From: Acidobacteriota bacterium
GTDB taxonomy: Bacteria > Acidobacteriota > UBA4820 > DSQY01
Reading direction: 5' to 3'
Assembly: GCA_049967655.1 (NCBI GenBank)
Contig: JBMFSH010000002.1
Coordinates: 96,001-160,000, forward strand
DNA length: 64,000 nucleotides
How positions within the stretch are numbered: the first letter of the stretch is position 1; every line of letters begins with the position of its first letter. Below are positions 1 through 8,736 of this stretch, one piece after another. The position numbers and the translations under genes were made by a program. The notes under the pieces were generated by a model that saw only the letters and a list, made by a program, of their open reading frames with translations, did no database searches and had not been told where the DNA came from.

Positions 1-310
1 ATACGATCAGGCCCCCCAGGGCGATGATCCCCAGGGCCTCGCAGGCCAGCAAGGAGATCAGGGCCGAGTCGTCGTGCGCCGAGATCCGAGCGGGGTCCAC
101 TCCGGGGATATTTTGGACGAAGTCTCCCGCCTTCCCCCCCGTGAAGTAGACGGGGATGGCCAGCAGGGCTACGACCACCAGAAATCCCAGGCTGAAGCGC
201 TTGAGTTCCGGGCTGCCTTTCCACATGGCGTACGCGAGCATGCCGAGGGCGAAGATGCTTCCCATGACGGGAAAGTGGTTGATGATCAAGTGCGCGTGGG
301 CCCAATTCAT
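1..310 (-). CDS. Membrane protein, DUF2231-like (partial, runs off window start)
   Basis: Manual translation from ATG at 310: MNWAHAHLIINHFPVMGSIFALGMLAYA...AIPVYFTGG...ISAHDDSA. HxHxxxNHFP start and hydrophobic helices; not in the ORF track. Confidence 0.7.
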   Translation of the reverse strand, partial: MNWAHAHLIINHFPVMGSIFALGMLAYAMWKGSPELKRFSLGFLVVVALLAIPVYFTGGKAGDFVQNIPGVDPARISAHDDSALISLLACEALGIIALGGLIV

Positions 311-528
311 GACTGAATCTCCTTTGGACGTTGGCCTTCCACCCCAAAAATAGTTCGCACGATTTATCGTCTCGATTATATCGCCACATCCATCGAGAGA
401 AACACCACCGGCACCCGATCCTATCCCACTTCTGGTCCCCGCCCCTTCCCAGGGCCAGTCCGGCGAGGCCAAACCCTCGGGCGCCACGCGCCGTTCGCGA
501 GGACGGGCAGCCACGGTTCTGGCGGAGT

Positions 529-1386
529 CTAGGCTTCCTCTCCACCGGTCAGACCCTTCAGCCGATCGGGGTCGTGGCCGTGATCGTGGGTGTGCCCGTG
601 GCTGTGGGGGTGGCTGTGCACGACGGGCCCGTGTCGGTGGCGGTGTTCGTGGATCAGATTCGCCGACTGGAGAAAATCCTCATCCGCCAGGATCTCTTTC
701 ACCGGCCCTTCGCGCGCGACGCGGTGGTCCTCGCCCAGCACCAACAGCCGGTCCGCCAGATGCGGGAGAAGGATCATGTCGTGCGTGGCCGTGACGAGCG
801 TCAGCCCCGCCTGCGCCAGCTCGCCGAGAAGGTCCACGAGAGCGGACTGATTGCGCGGGTCCAGCCCCGCCGTCGGCTCGTCCAGCAGTAGTACCGAGGG
901 AGAGAGAACGAGCAGCGAAGCGAGCGCCACCCTTTTCTTTTCGCCCGCCGAGAGAGCGTGGGGGGGGCGATCCCGAAGATGCGCGATCCTCATGAGGCCG
1001 AGACAATCCTCCACCCGTTGCTCCACCTCACCCTGGGGTAACTTGAGCTGAAGGGGACCGAAGGCCAGTTCCTCCTTCACCGTGGGGCAGAAGAGTTGGG
1101 AGTCGGGGTTCTGGAAGAGGAACCCCACACTGCGACGAAACCTCGGTCCGAAGGGCACTGCTTCGAGAACGGATTCGCTGAGCGGCTGGCCCTCGAAGGC
1201 CACGGTGCCGCTCGTTGGAAAGAGGAGGCCCGCCATGATGAGCAGGAGGGTGGTTTTGCCGCAACCGTTGGCGCCGGCCAGAGCCAGGCGCTCCCCGCGC
1301 GCGACGGTGAGGGTTAAATCGCGAAGGCAAGGCGCACTCCCTGGATATCCGAAGGCGAGGCCCTTCACCTCGTAGACCGGGTCCAC
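529..1386 (-). CDS. cbiO: ECF Ni/Co transporter ATPase (CbiO/NikO) with His-rich C-tail
   Basis: GANGCGKTT Walker A, FQNPDSQLF Q-loop, LSAGEKKR signature, LLLDEPT; GGGAGG RBS before GTG. Confidence 0.92.
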   Translation of the reverse strand: MDPVYEVKGLAFGYPGSAPCLRDLTLTVARGERLALAGANGCGKTTLLLIMAGLLFPTSGTVAFEGQPLSESVLEAVPFGPRFRRSVGFLFQNPDSQLFCPTVKEELAFGPLQLKLPQGEVEQRVEDCLGLMRIAHLRDRPPHALSAGEKKRVALASLLVLSPSVLLLDEPTAGLDPRNQSALVDLLGELAQAGLTLVTATHDMILLPHLADRLLVLGEDHRVAREGPVKEILADEDFLQSANLIHEHRHRHGPVVHSHPHSHGHTHDHGHDPDRLKGLTGGEEA

Positions 1387-1395
1387 GGTTCCTCC

Positions 1396-2313
1396 CTATC
1401 TCGGCAGTTGAATGGCGAGGGCCGACGCCCACATGGCCGCCATGAACAACCAGTCCCAAGGCCTCATTCGCCCCTCCCGCTCGGCGGTGGGTTCGCCCGT
1501 GTAGCCGCGCGCGATCATCCCCATGTAGGTCTGTTCCGCCATGACCTTGGTTCGACGGTAGAGGGCACCCACGCCCGCGGACACCCACCGCCGGTCGGCC
1601 CGTGAGCCCGCGCCTCCCACGGTGCGGCTGATGCGGGCCAGGTGAAGTTCGGAGGCGGCGCGCAAGAGGATCTCCAGATAGCGGACCATGAGGTCGAGGG
1701 TCATCACCGCGAGGCGGGGCACCCAGAGCGCCCGGAGGCCGCGGAAGAGACGCGCCGTACCGCTCGTCGCAGCCAATAGGAGGGCCAGCGTGGTACAGAG
1801 GGCCACCCGCAGCACAAACCGGGCCAGAATGAAGAACCCCTCCCGCGTAACCGCCAGTGCGGGGTGCGCCGGCGACGCTCCCTCCCAAGGCCAGAGCGCG
1901 AGAAGAGGGTGGCCGGGGGTGAAGAGGTTGAGGGCCGCCGGCCATGCGATGAGCGCGGAGAAGAGGAAGGCCACCAACGAGGGCGCCAAGCGGGACGCCG
2001 GCACTCGGGAAAACAGCACCAACAAGGCGGCCAGCCCACAAACCAGCAGAAGTCCCTTCAGGGAGGGGGCCATGCTGGCCGAGACCATGAGCCCGCCCAG
2101 CCCCAGCACCTTGGCCCTGGGGTCGATGGACTGCAGGAGACCGCGCCGCTCGATTCCGTGGTCCCCTTCAACGAGCCGGTACCCTGCCTCTAAGAAGGAG
2201 AAGAGAGCTTTGCGGAGCCAGCGCGTGCGCGGAGCGCCTGGCGCCCACGCTCCCGGCGCGCAGGCGTCCGATGAGCGCTGCGGGGCGACCAACAACCACT
2301 CAGGCAGAGGCAT
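1396..2313 (-). CDS. cbiQ: ECF T component (CbiQ/NikQ)
   Basis: LQSIDPRAK motif, multiple TM helices, ARISR and MIARGY motifs; start placed at MPLPEWLL. Confidence 0.88.
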   Translation of the reverse strand: MPLPEWLLVAPQRSSDACAPGAWAPGAPRTRWLRKALFSFLEAGYRLVEGDHGIERRGLLQSIDPRAKVLGLGGLMVSASMAPSLKGLLLVCGLAALLVLFSRVPASRLAPSLVAFLFSALIAWPAALNLFTPGHPLLALWPWEGASPAHPALAVTREGFFILARFVLRVALCTTLALLLAATSGTARLFRGLRALWVPRLAVMTLDLMVRYLEILLRAASELHLARISRTVGGAGSRADRRWVSAGVGALYRRTKVMAEQTYMGMIARGYTGEPTAEREGRMRPWDWLFMAAMWASALAIQLPR

Positions 2314-3349
2314 CGTCTGGCTTTCGGCCCCCCAGCCAACGGCGTACGAAAAGCACCACGCCCACCACGAGCGCGGATCCCGCCAAGGCTGACAGGATAT
2401 ACCAGACGCTCTGCATCGCGAGAGACTGGCCTTCCGCGCCGGGGGGACCATAGTCAGGGGCGGGGGCGCGCCACAGCGCGGAGAGCTTCGCCAAGCCCGC
2501 GGGAACCCACCCCGTCATGGCCTTGAGCTCCTCCGCTCCCCACTCGCCCCATGCCCCCTTCGAACCCCACAGCCACGGCAGCAGGATCCCCAGTGGGGTC
2601 AAGAGTGCGAGCAGCGCGAGGCCAACCCAGAGACGCCTGCTCCCCGTCGAGATATCCGCACAGGAGCGGGGCAATGGCTGAGAGGACACCAGAAGGGGCT
2701 CCGTCCGCTCCAGAAAAGCCAGGACGGAGGCTGTGATGAGCGCCTCCACGACGCCGAAAAGGAGGAGGTGTTCGGCCATCATCACCGGTACGGTGACATT
2801 CAAGCCGAAGGGGGCATACAGGGGCCTACCCGCCGCATCGTGGGCGATAAGGGGCTGCAGGCCGAGCATCACGGAGGCGGAAAGGGCGGCGGCGTTGAGC
2901 CCTAAGTACCCTCCCGCCGCTGCGGCCAGCCAGCGCCTCTTGGAACCCGGCTGCGCTCCCGCCCCCGCCAGGCGAAAGACCCACCATCCGGCGAAGGGCA
3001 TGATCACGGCCATGTTCAAGCAATTGGCCGCGTACGAGGTGATCCCCCCGTCACCAAAGAGCAGAGCCTGCACGAGGAGCACGAGGGAAACCGCCAAGAC
3101 GGCGGCCCACGGGCCCAGAAGGATGGCCACCAGGACGGCTCCGACGGCGTGTCCCGTGGTCCCCCCCGGGATCGGCACGTTGAACATCATGACGAGAAAG
3201 CTGAACGCCGCCCCCATCGCGAGGACAGGCACCTGACGCAGCCTGAGCGTACGGCTGACGCGCCGCGAGGCCCAGGTCCAAATGGGAATCATCACGACGT
3301 AGGCGGCGCCATAGGTTTGCGGTCCGAGGTACCCGTCGGGAATGTGCAT
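2300..3349 (-). CDS. cbiM: ECF S component CbiM/NikM fused to a NikN/PDGLE-like C-terminal domain
   Basis: N-terminal MHIPDGYL metal-binding motif, GGTTGH; C-terminal AWGEWG...APAPDY plus TM helix. Confidence 0.93.
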   Translation of the reverse strand: MHIPDGYLGPQTYGAAYVVMIPIWTWASRRVSRTLRLRQVPVLAMGAAFSFLVMMFNVPIPGGTTGHAVGAVLVAILLGPWAAVLAVSLVLLVQALLFGDGGITSYAANCLNMAVIMPFAGWWVFRLAGAGAQPGSKRRWLAAAAGGYLGLNAAALSASVMLGLQPLIAHDAAGRPLYAPFGLNVTVPVMMAEHLLLFGVVEALITASVLAFLERTEPLLVSSQPLPRSCADISTGSRRLWVGLALLALLTPLGILLPWLWGSKGAWGEWGAEELKAMTGWVPAGLAKLSALWRAPAPDYGPPGAEGQSLAMQSVWYILSALAGSALVVGVVLFVRRWLGGRKPDDASA

Positions 3350-3359
3350 CGCCTCGCCC

Positions 3360-4052
3360 TCACTTTCCCCGTGCTTTGGTCTTGAAGCTTCCCGTCAGAA
3401 CCACGTGCACCACGACGATTGCGGAGCCCCCACCGTTGGGCCACTGCCCGCCCACGATGACCTGCCACGAGGCTCCCGACCAGCCGACCCCGGCCGAGGA
3501 GTAGTTCTCACTTCCCGCGGTGTGGTCGGCCATGAGCTGCCAGTGCTCGCCGAGGGCACGGTCCACGCCCACAAACCAGCGGTTCCGGTTGCCCTCCTCA
3601 TGCTGGATACCGGCATGGGTCCTCAGGATGCCCCAGTCCTTGGTGGCGACCACGTAGGGATAAGAGTCAAAGGACTGGTTCAGGTTTTGCAGCCCCACGG
3701 CCACGGCCAAGCGCTGCGGATCGCTCCGCAGGAGGACGTATTTGGCGTTGAAGAAAGCCCGATGGTCCACGGAGCCACCCGTGGCATCGACGTCCAACCC
3801 CATCTCAAAGCGGTCTCCGATGCCCCACTCGGTGTTGACGATCAACTGGTCGGTCCTGAAGGCCGAGGAATAGCCTTGCCATTGGACGTCCAGCGCCCAG
3901 GCGAGGGGCCCCGTCACGTCCGCCGTGGGAATGAGGATGAGCCCGCTGTAACAGGCCTGCGCATCACCTCCCCAAAGGATCAGAAAAAACAGGACGGAAG
4001 GCAGAAGGTTGAACGGGCCTCCCCGCCGCATCTTCTCCCGCCTCATTGGCAC
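3360..4052 (-). CDS. Secreted hypothetical protein, probable small outer-membrane beta-barrel
   Basis: Signal peptide ending AQA, LIPTAD motif, amphipathic strands (FEMGLDVD, FFNAKYVL, LAVAVGLQN, WFVGVD); lies between nikR and cbiM; exact start uncertain. Confidence 0.7.
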   Translation of the reverse strand: MPMRREKMRRGGPFNLLPSVLFFLILWGGDAQACYSGLILIPTADVTGPLAWALDVQWQGYSSAFRTDQLIVNTEWGIGDRFEMGLDVDATGGSVDHRAFFNAKYVLLRSDPQRLAVAVGLQNLNQSFDSYPYVVATKDWGILRTHAGIQHEEGNRNRWFVGVDRALGEHWQLMADHTAGSENYSSAGVGWSGASWQVIVGGQWPNGGGSAIVVVHVVLTGSFKTKARGK

Positions 4053-4062
4053 CCCCGCCCTG

Positions 4063-4494
4063 TCAGGTGAAAGGCTTCCGGATCCCCGTACCCGTCGTCG
4101 TAGCCACGATTCCGCCGTGCCGCACGCCCCTCATGCTGAGAAGGCCGTCGGCGATGGCCTTTACCTCGGCGCTGCGCCCCCGAGCGATGATCACCTCGAG
4201 GCAGTTATGCGCATCGAGATGAACGTGGGTTGTGCTCACGATGTTCTTGTGGTGCTCATGCTGGAGGTCGGTGAGGGCGTCTCCGAGGTGGTGCTCATGG
4301 TGCGTGTACACCACACTGATCGTGGCGACCACGTCGGCCTTCGGGTCGGCCCACTCCTCCTTGACCAGCTCCGCGCGCACCAGATCCCGAAGCGCCTCGG
4401 ACCGAGAGGCGTAGCCCCTGGCTTCGACCAGGGCGTCAAAGCGGCGCAGAAGGGCCTCTTCCATGGATACCCCGAATCGTTCCGTGCTCGGCAT
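4063..4494 (-). CDS. nikR: Nickel-responsive regulator NikR
   Basis: RFGVSM ribbon, GYASRSEALRDLVR, DLQH, THVHLDAHNCLEVI nickel ligands. Confidence 0.96.
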   Translation of the reverse strand: MPSTERFGVSMEEALLRRFDALVEARGYASRSEALRDLVRAELVKEEWADPKADVVATISVVYTHHEHHLGDALTDLQHEHHKNIVSTTHVHLDAHNCLEVIIARGRSAEVKAIADGLLSMRGVRHGGIVATTTGTGIRKPFT

Positions 4495-4503
4495 CTTCCC
4501 TCC

Positions 4504-4531
4504 GTGACACGACTATTCAAATTAGTAACAC
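4504..4531. promoter_or_regulatory. Putative NikR operator
   Basis: GTGACAC-N14 (AT-rich)-GTAACAC about 10 nt upstream of the nikR start; resembles GTGTTAC-N13/14-GTAACAC-type NikR sites. Confidence 0.7.
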
Positions 4532-4585
4532 GATGGCTCACTCGATGCAACTCCCGCCTTCGACTCTCGCCTTCCCCATACCATT

Positions 4586-4609
4586 AAAGCCGCCTTCCGG
4601 CGGCTTTTT
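4586..4609. terminator. Intrinsic terminator downstream of tmRNA
   Basis: AAAGCCGCC-TTCC-GGCGGCTTT perfect hairpin with A/T flanks. Confidence 0.8.
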
Positions 4610-4643
4610 CCCCTGTCTCTCTGTTTCCCTGTTTCGATCTCTT

Positions 4644-4988
4644 TGGTGGAGGCGGCGGGAGTCGAACCCGCGTCCGGAAATGCCAGCCAAGGCAGCTTCT
4701 ACGCGCGTAGCCGGTTCCCAGGGTTTCGCTTCCCGCCAATGGAGCCGGCAATTCGTCGGGTCGCTAGCCCTCTGCATCTTAGCCGGCGCGGCCGGGGCGA
4801 GCCGCGCCGGAGCATCCCGCTAGCGTCGTCCTTGAAAGGCCGCGGGCCCTCCCCTCAAGGACGTGGCAGCTTACGCCGCCAGAGCCAAGTTATTGTTGGC
4901 AGTTGTGGGTTTCCGGTCGTTTTACGAGAGCCCGGAACTCGGCGCGCGACCACCTCCCGCACATCCCCGTCGAGACCGTTTCGCCCCC
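4644..4988 (-). ncRNA. ssrA: tmRNA, tag peptide ANNNLALAA
   Basis: 5' GGGGGCGAAACGGTCTCGAC; 3' GGTTCGACTCCCGCCGCCTCCACCA; tag frame at 4900-4871 encodes ANNNLALAA*. Confidence 0.97.
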
Positions 4989-5003
4989 ACGTTGTGCTCA
5001 CCT

Positions 5004-5032
5004 AATGTAGGGCCCCGTCGGGGGCCCGTCAA
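5004..5032 (-). promoter_or_regulatory. sigma70-type promoter of ssrA
   Basis: TTGACG-17 nt-TACATT, 15 nt upstream of the mature 5' end. Confidence 0.75.
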
Positions 5033-5129
5033 GGTTGGCCTTCACTCCCGCCATCGGAGGCTGCTGCCGTCGTCTTTCGCCTGCGCGCCCGCCAACCCGC
5101 GAACCCGCAAACCACGCTCCCCGCCATGA

Positions 5130-5358
5130 GGATTCCCGCCGCCACCAGGAGGCGCTCGTGGTGCTCCAGCTCCCCCTACGCAAGGACCAGGAGGCGCCCG
5201 AGGAGATGGCCGCACGACAGCCAGACCAGCGCCCAGAGTGCTGCCGCAGCTACGTCCTTCGCAAAGAAGTTGGACCACGAAAGGCCGCGCGTGCCGGCAT
5301 AAAAGAGGTCGGTTGGCCTTACCCCTGCGGGGACGATATACTCATGCTCGAAGGTCAT
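5130..5358 (-). pseudogene. Possible degraded DedA-family C-terminal fragment
   Basis: YIVPAGVRPTDLFYAGTRGLSWSNFFAKDVAAAALWALVWLSCGHLLG resembles the DedA C-terminal half; in-frame TAG at 5176-5178; no N-terminal half. Confidence 0.45.
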
Positions 5359-5425
5359 CGCCTGCCTGGCTGGCCGCCAAGGCGTGAAAGGGTCCTCGTC
5401 TGAAAGCGATCATAAGGGGCGCGCC

Positions 5426-6610
5426 ATGGAGAGTTTATCAAGAGTGGGTCTGGTTTTCTCGGGAGGTCCGGCGCCTGCGGCCAATGCGGTGATCTCGGCC
5501 GCCGCTCTGGCGTTCCTGGACAACGGGGTGGAAGTGGCGGGGCTACTGGACGGCTTCTCCCGGCTTCAAGGCACCGAGCCGCTCGCGGAGGGGAGGGACT
5601 TCCTGCTTCTGGATGCGAAGATCTCGGCCATCCGAAACCAGCCGGGCATCCACATTCGGACCTCCAGGGCCAATCCCGGCAAAGGCATACGCGGCGCCCA
5701 GGACCTGCGGGACCCCCACAAGACCGAGAAGCTGAGCGCGGTCGTCGCCTCTCTCAAGGCCATCGGAGTGCACGGATTGGTGACCATGGGCGGAGACGAC
5801 ACCCTCAAGACGGCCAATTACCTGCATTTGCTAGGCCTACCAGTTGTCCACGTGCCCAAGACCATCGACAACGACTACTTCGGAATCCCCTGGACCTTCG
5901 GTTACTGGACGGCCGTGGACACGGCGCAAAAGGCCCTGCTCAACCTGAAGTCGGACGCGGATTCGACCAACGCCTACTTCCTGGTGGAATTGATGGGAAG
6001 GAAGGCCGGCTGGATCACCTACGCCGCGGGCGTGGCGGGAGAGGCGTGCGACATCATCGCGGCGGAGGACATCCAGGGCGACGTGGATCCGGATGTCCTG
6101 GCCGACCGGCTGTGCGGCCTGCTCATCGCCCGGGAGAAGGAGGGGAGGACTTCCGGAGTCATCTGCATCGCCGAAGGACTGGCGGAGCGGCTTCCCGACC
6201 GGCTCAAGCCCAAGGAGATCGACCAGCACGGCAACCCCTATTACGGCCACGTGGAACTGTGCCGCACTTTGGCCCAAAGGGCCTCGGCCCTTTACAAGGA
6301 GCGGACCGGTCGTGAAAAGAAGATCACGCCCAAGCAGATCGGGTACGAAACACGCACGGCGCGGCCCATTTCCTATGACGTGGTCCTGGGCTCCATGCTG
6401 GGATACGGCGCCTACCGCCTCTGCGCCGAGGGGCGGTTTGGCCACATGGTGAGCGTCGAGGACAACTTCGCTCTCAAGGCCATCCCCTTTTCCGACCTGA
6501 TCGATCCCGAGACCCTCACCACGAGGATCCGCCTCGTCCCGAGGGAGTCCGACCTCTTTCGCCTGAAGGAGGCCCTATCGTTCCCGGTGCCTGGCCGACT
6601 GGACCTCTGA
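5426..6610 (+). CDS. Phosphofructokinase, likely PPi-dependent
   Basis: FSGGPAPAAN, TSRANP, GGDD, PKTIDND, MGRKAG. Confidence 0.92.
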   Translation: MESLSRVGLVFSGGPAPAANAVISAAALAFLDNGVEVAGLLDGFSRLQGTEPLAEGRDFLLLDAKISAIRNQPGIHIRTSRANPGKGIRGAQDLRDPHKTEKLSAVVASLKAIGVHGLVTMGGDDTLKTANYLHLLGLPVVHVPKTIDNDYFGIPWTFGYWTAVDTAQKALLNLKSDADSTNAYFLVELMGRKAGWITYAAGVAGEACDIIAAEDIQGDVDPDVLADRLCGLLIAREKEGRTSGVICIAEGLAERLPDRLKPKEIDQHGNPYYGHVELCRTLAQRASALYKERTGREKKITPKQIGYETRTARPISYDVVLGSMLGYGAYRLCAEGRFGHMVSVEDNFALKAIPFSDLIDPETLTTRIRLVPRESDLFRLKEALSFPVPGRLDL

Positions 6611-6763
6611 GGCGCGCGCGCTCGGCGATGGCGCTGGACGGGGCCTATAAGCCCAGGTTGAGGCTTGAGCATTGAAGGTGCACGGGATCGCTGGGGCCAT
6701 GCCCCTTCCTGCGATCCTGGCCTTGTGCTAAGCTGGCTTTCCGTTTTCAGTGGAGGGTGCGGT

Positions 6764-7513
6764 ATGTCCGGTCACAGCAAATGGGCCAACATCAAGGCAC
6801 GCAAGGGCGCCCAGGACGCCAGGCGCGGCCACTTGTTCACGAAGACCGCCAAGGAGATCATCATCGCCGCCCGACTCGGTGGCGGCGATCCTGACGGCAA
6901 CCCGCGCCTGCGGAGCGCCATCCAGGCCGCGCGTGCGATCAACATGCCCAACGACAACATTAAGCGAGCCATTCAAAGGGGAACCGGAGAACTAGCCGGC
7001 GAAACCATCGAAGAGGTCCTCTACGAAGGGTACGGACCCTCCGGCGTGGCGATCCTGGTCGAGGCCACCTCCGACAACCGGAACCGCACCACCGGCGAGA
7101 TCCGGCACCTGTTCAGCAAGTACGGAGGCAACCTGGGGGTGAGCGGGGCGGTGTCGCGCTTCTTCGTCCGGCAGGGAGAGATCACCATCCCCTCCGAAGG
7201 GCTTACCGAGGAGAAGGTCTTCGAGGCCGCCATCGAGGCTGGCGCCGAGGATGTCCGGAACGACGGCGAGTCGTTTACGGTTGTGACAGCTTTTGAAGAG
7301 CTGAACGCTGTGGCTGGCGCCCTGACCAAGGCCGGGCTTCCAGTCCAGAAGGTGGAGCCGGTGTACAATCCCACCCTGACGGTCAGCCTCAAGGGCGAGA
7401 ACGCAAAGGGGCTTCTCAAGCTCATCGACGCGCTCGAGGACAACGACGACGTGGCCCACGTCTGGGCCAATTTCGACATCGACGAGAAGGATCTGGAGGC
7501 ATTCACCGAGTGA
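6764..7513 (+). CDS. yebC: YebC/PmpR family protein
   Basis: MSGHSKWANIK, GGGDPDGNPRLR, YEGYGP, DNRNRT. Confidence 0.96.
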   Translation: MSGHSKWANIKARKGAQDARRGHLFTKTAKEIIIAARLGGGDPDGNPRLRSAIQAARAINMPNDNIKRAIQRGTGELAGETIEEVLYEGYGPSGVAILVEATSDNRNRTTGEIRHLFSKYGGNLGVSGAVSRFFVRQGEITIPSEGLTEEKVFEAAIEAGAEDVRNDGESFTVVTAFEELNAVAGALTKAGLPVQKVEPVYNPTLTVSLKGENAKGLLKLIDALEDNDDVAHVWANFDIDEKDLEAFTE

Positions 7514-8007
7514 CCGTGGTGCTGGGGGTGGACTCGGGGTCTCTCTGCACGGGATTCGGGGTCGTGCAGGCGCGGGGAAGCTCTTACCGTGCGCTGGAGT
7601 TCGGTGCCATCCGCAACCCCAGCACGGCCACCCATCCAGAGCGCCTCGGCAGAATCCATGAGGCGCTCCGTGAGGTCATCGCTAGGCACCGCCCCGAGCT
7701 TCTGGCCATCGAGGGTGTGTTCGTCTCCAAGAATGCCCAGAGCGCCCTCAAGCTGGGGCAGGTCCGCGGTGCGGTCATGGTGACGGCCCTCCAGGCGGGA
7801 TTGGAGGTCCGCGAGTACTCCCCGGCGGAGGTGAAGATGGCCGTTACGGGTTACGGGAGGGCCGAGAAGCAACAGGTGCAGACGATGGTCCGGGCCATCC
7901 TCGGGTTGTCCTCCGTACCGCGGCCCCACGACGCGGCAGACGCCCTGGCTCTCGCCATCTGCGCCCTCAATCGGCGGGGATGGGACGGCAGGACGGCTCA
8001 CCCATGA
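7510..8007 (+). CDS. ruvC: Holliday junction resolvase RuvC
   Basis: VLGVDSG, LAIE, KLGQVRG, VTGYGRAEKQQV, DAADALA. Confidence 0.96.
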   Translation: MTVVLGVDSGSLCTGFGVVQARGSSYRALEFGAIRNPSTATHPERLGRIHEALREVIARHRPELLAIEGVFVSKNAQSALKLGQVRGAVMVTALQAGLEVREYSPAEVKMAVTGYGRAEKQQVQTMVRAILGLSSVPRPHDAADALALAICALNRRGWDGRTAHP

Positions 8008-8597
8008 TCGCGCGACTAAGGGGCAGGCTCCTTGAAAGGGAGCCGTCGGGCCTTGTTATTGAGGCGGGAGGCGTCGGCTACGCCGTGGCCGTTCCCCTTT
8101 CCACCTTCACCAGACTGGCCGGGGAGGAGGTCGACCTCTTCATCCACACCGAGGTCCGGTCCGACGCCATCCTGCTCTTCGGCTTCCTGAGCAAAGGGGA
8201 GCGGGAGGTTTTCCGCCAGCTTCTGAGCGTGCAAGGCGTCGGACCCATGACGGCCTTGGCCGTCCTCTCGGGGCTCACCCTCGGAGAATTGGTGGAGGCC
8301 GTTCGTTCCGGAGACACGAGCCGCTTCAGGGGCATTCCCCGTGTGGGAAAGAAAACGGCCGAACGCATCTGCCTGGAGCTGCGCGAAAAGCTCAACGTGG
8401 GACCGCCTTCCGAGGTCATCCCGCAGGAGCCCGTGGAGAGCCTTCCCGCCGACCTTTCGGACGCCCTGCTCGCCCTGGTGAATTTGGGGTACCGGACCCA
8501 GGAGGCGCGGGAGGTTCTTCTCGGGGCTCAGCGGGAGGCCCCCGAGGGGCCTATCGAAGCTTGGATTCGTATCGCCCTCAGGGCCCTGGCTCGCTGA
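8004..8597 (+). CDS. ruvA: Holliday junction DNA-binding subunit RuvA
   Basis: MIARLRG, GGVGY, VQGVGP, IPRVGKKTAERICLEL, ALVNLGY. Confidence 0.96.
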   Translation: MIARLRGRLLEREPSGLVIEAGGVGYAVAVPLSTFTRLAGEEVDLFIHTEVRSDAILLFGFLSKGEREVFRQLLSVQGVGPMTALAVLSGLTLGELVEAVRSGDTSRFRGIPRVGKKTAERICLELREKLNVGPPSEVIPQEPVESLPADLSDALLALVNLGYRTQEAREVLLGAQREAPEGPIEAWIRIALRALAR

Positions 8598-8736
8598 GGC
8601 CTCTACCCTGATCCGCCCGTGACGCGCCACCGCTTCGCCTTCCCCAGCCGGGAAACTCTCATGCGCGGGCCAGTCCTCCGCCGGAGCAGCGAAAGCGCCG
8701 GCCCACCTCCTCATCTTTGCCGTTATCAGGAAAGAA

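Noticed and set aside
960..967. G8 run within cbiO as a phase-variable tract
   Set aside because: Short, in frame (Pro-Pro codons) and expected in GC-rich DNA.
4644..4680. tmRNA 3' end as an island attachment site for the nik operon
   Set aside because: No duplicated 3' end or integrase seen in the window; composition of the downstream genes is ordinary.
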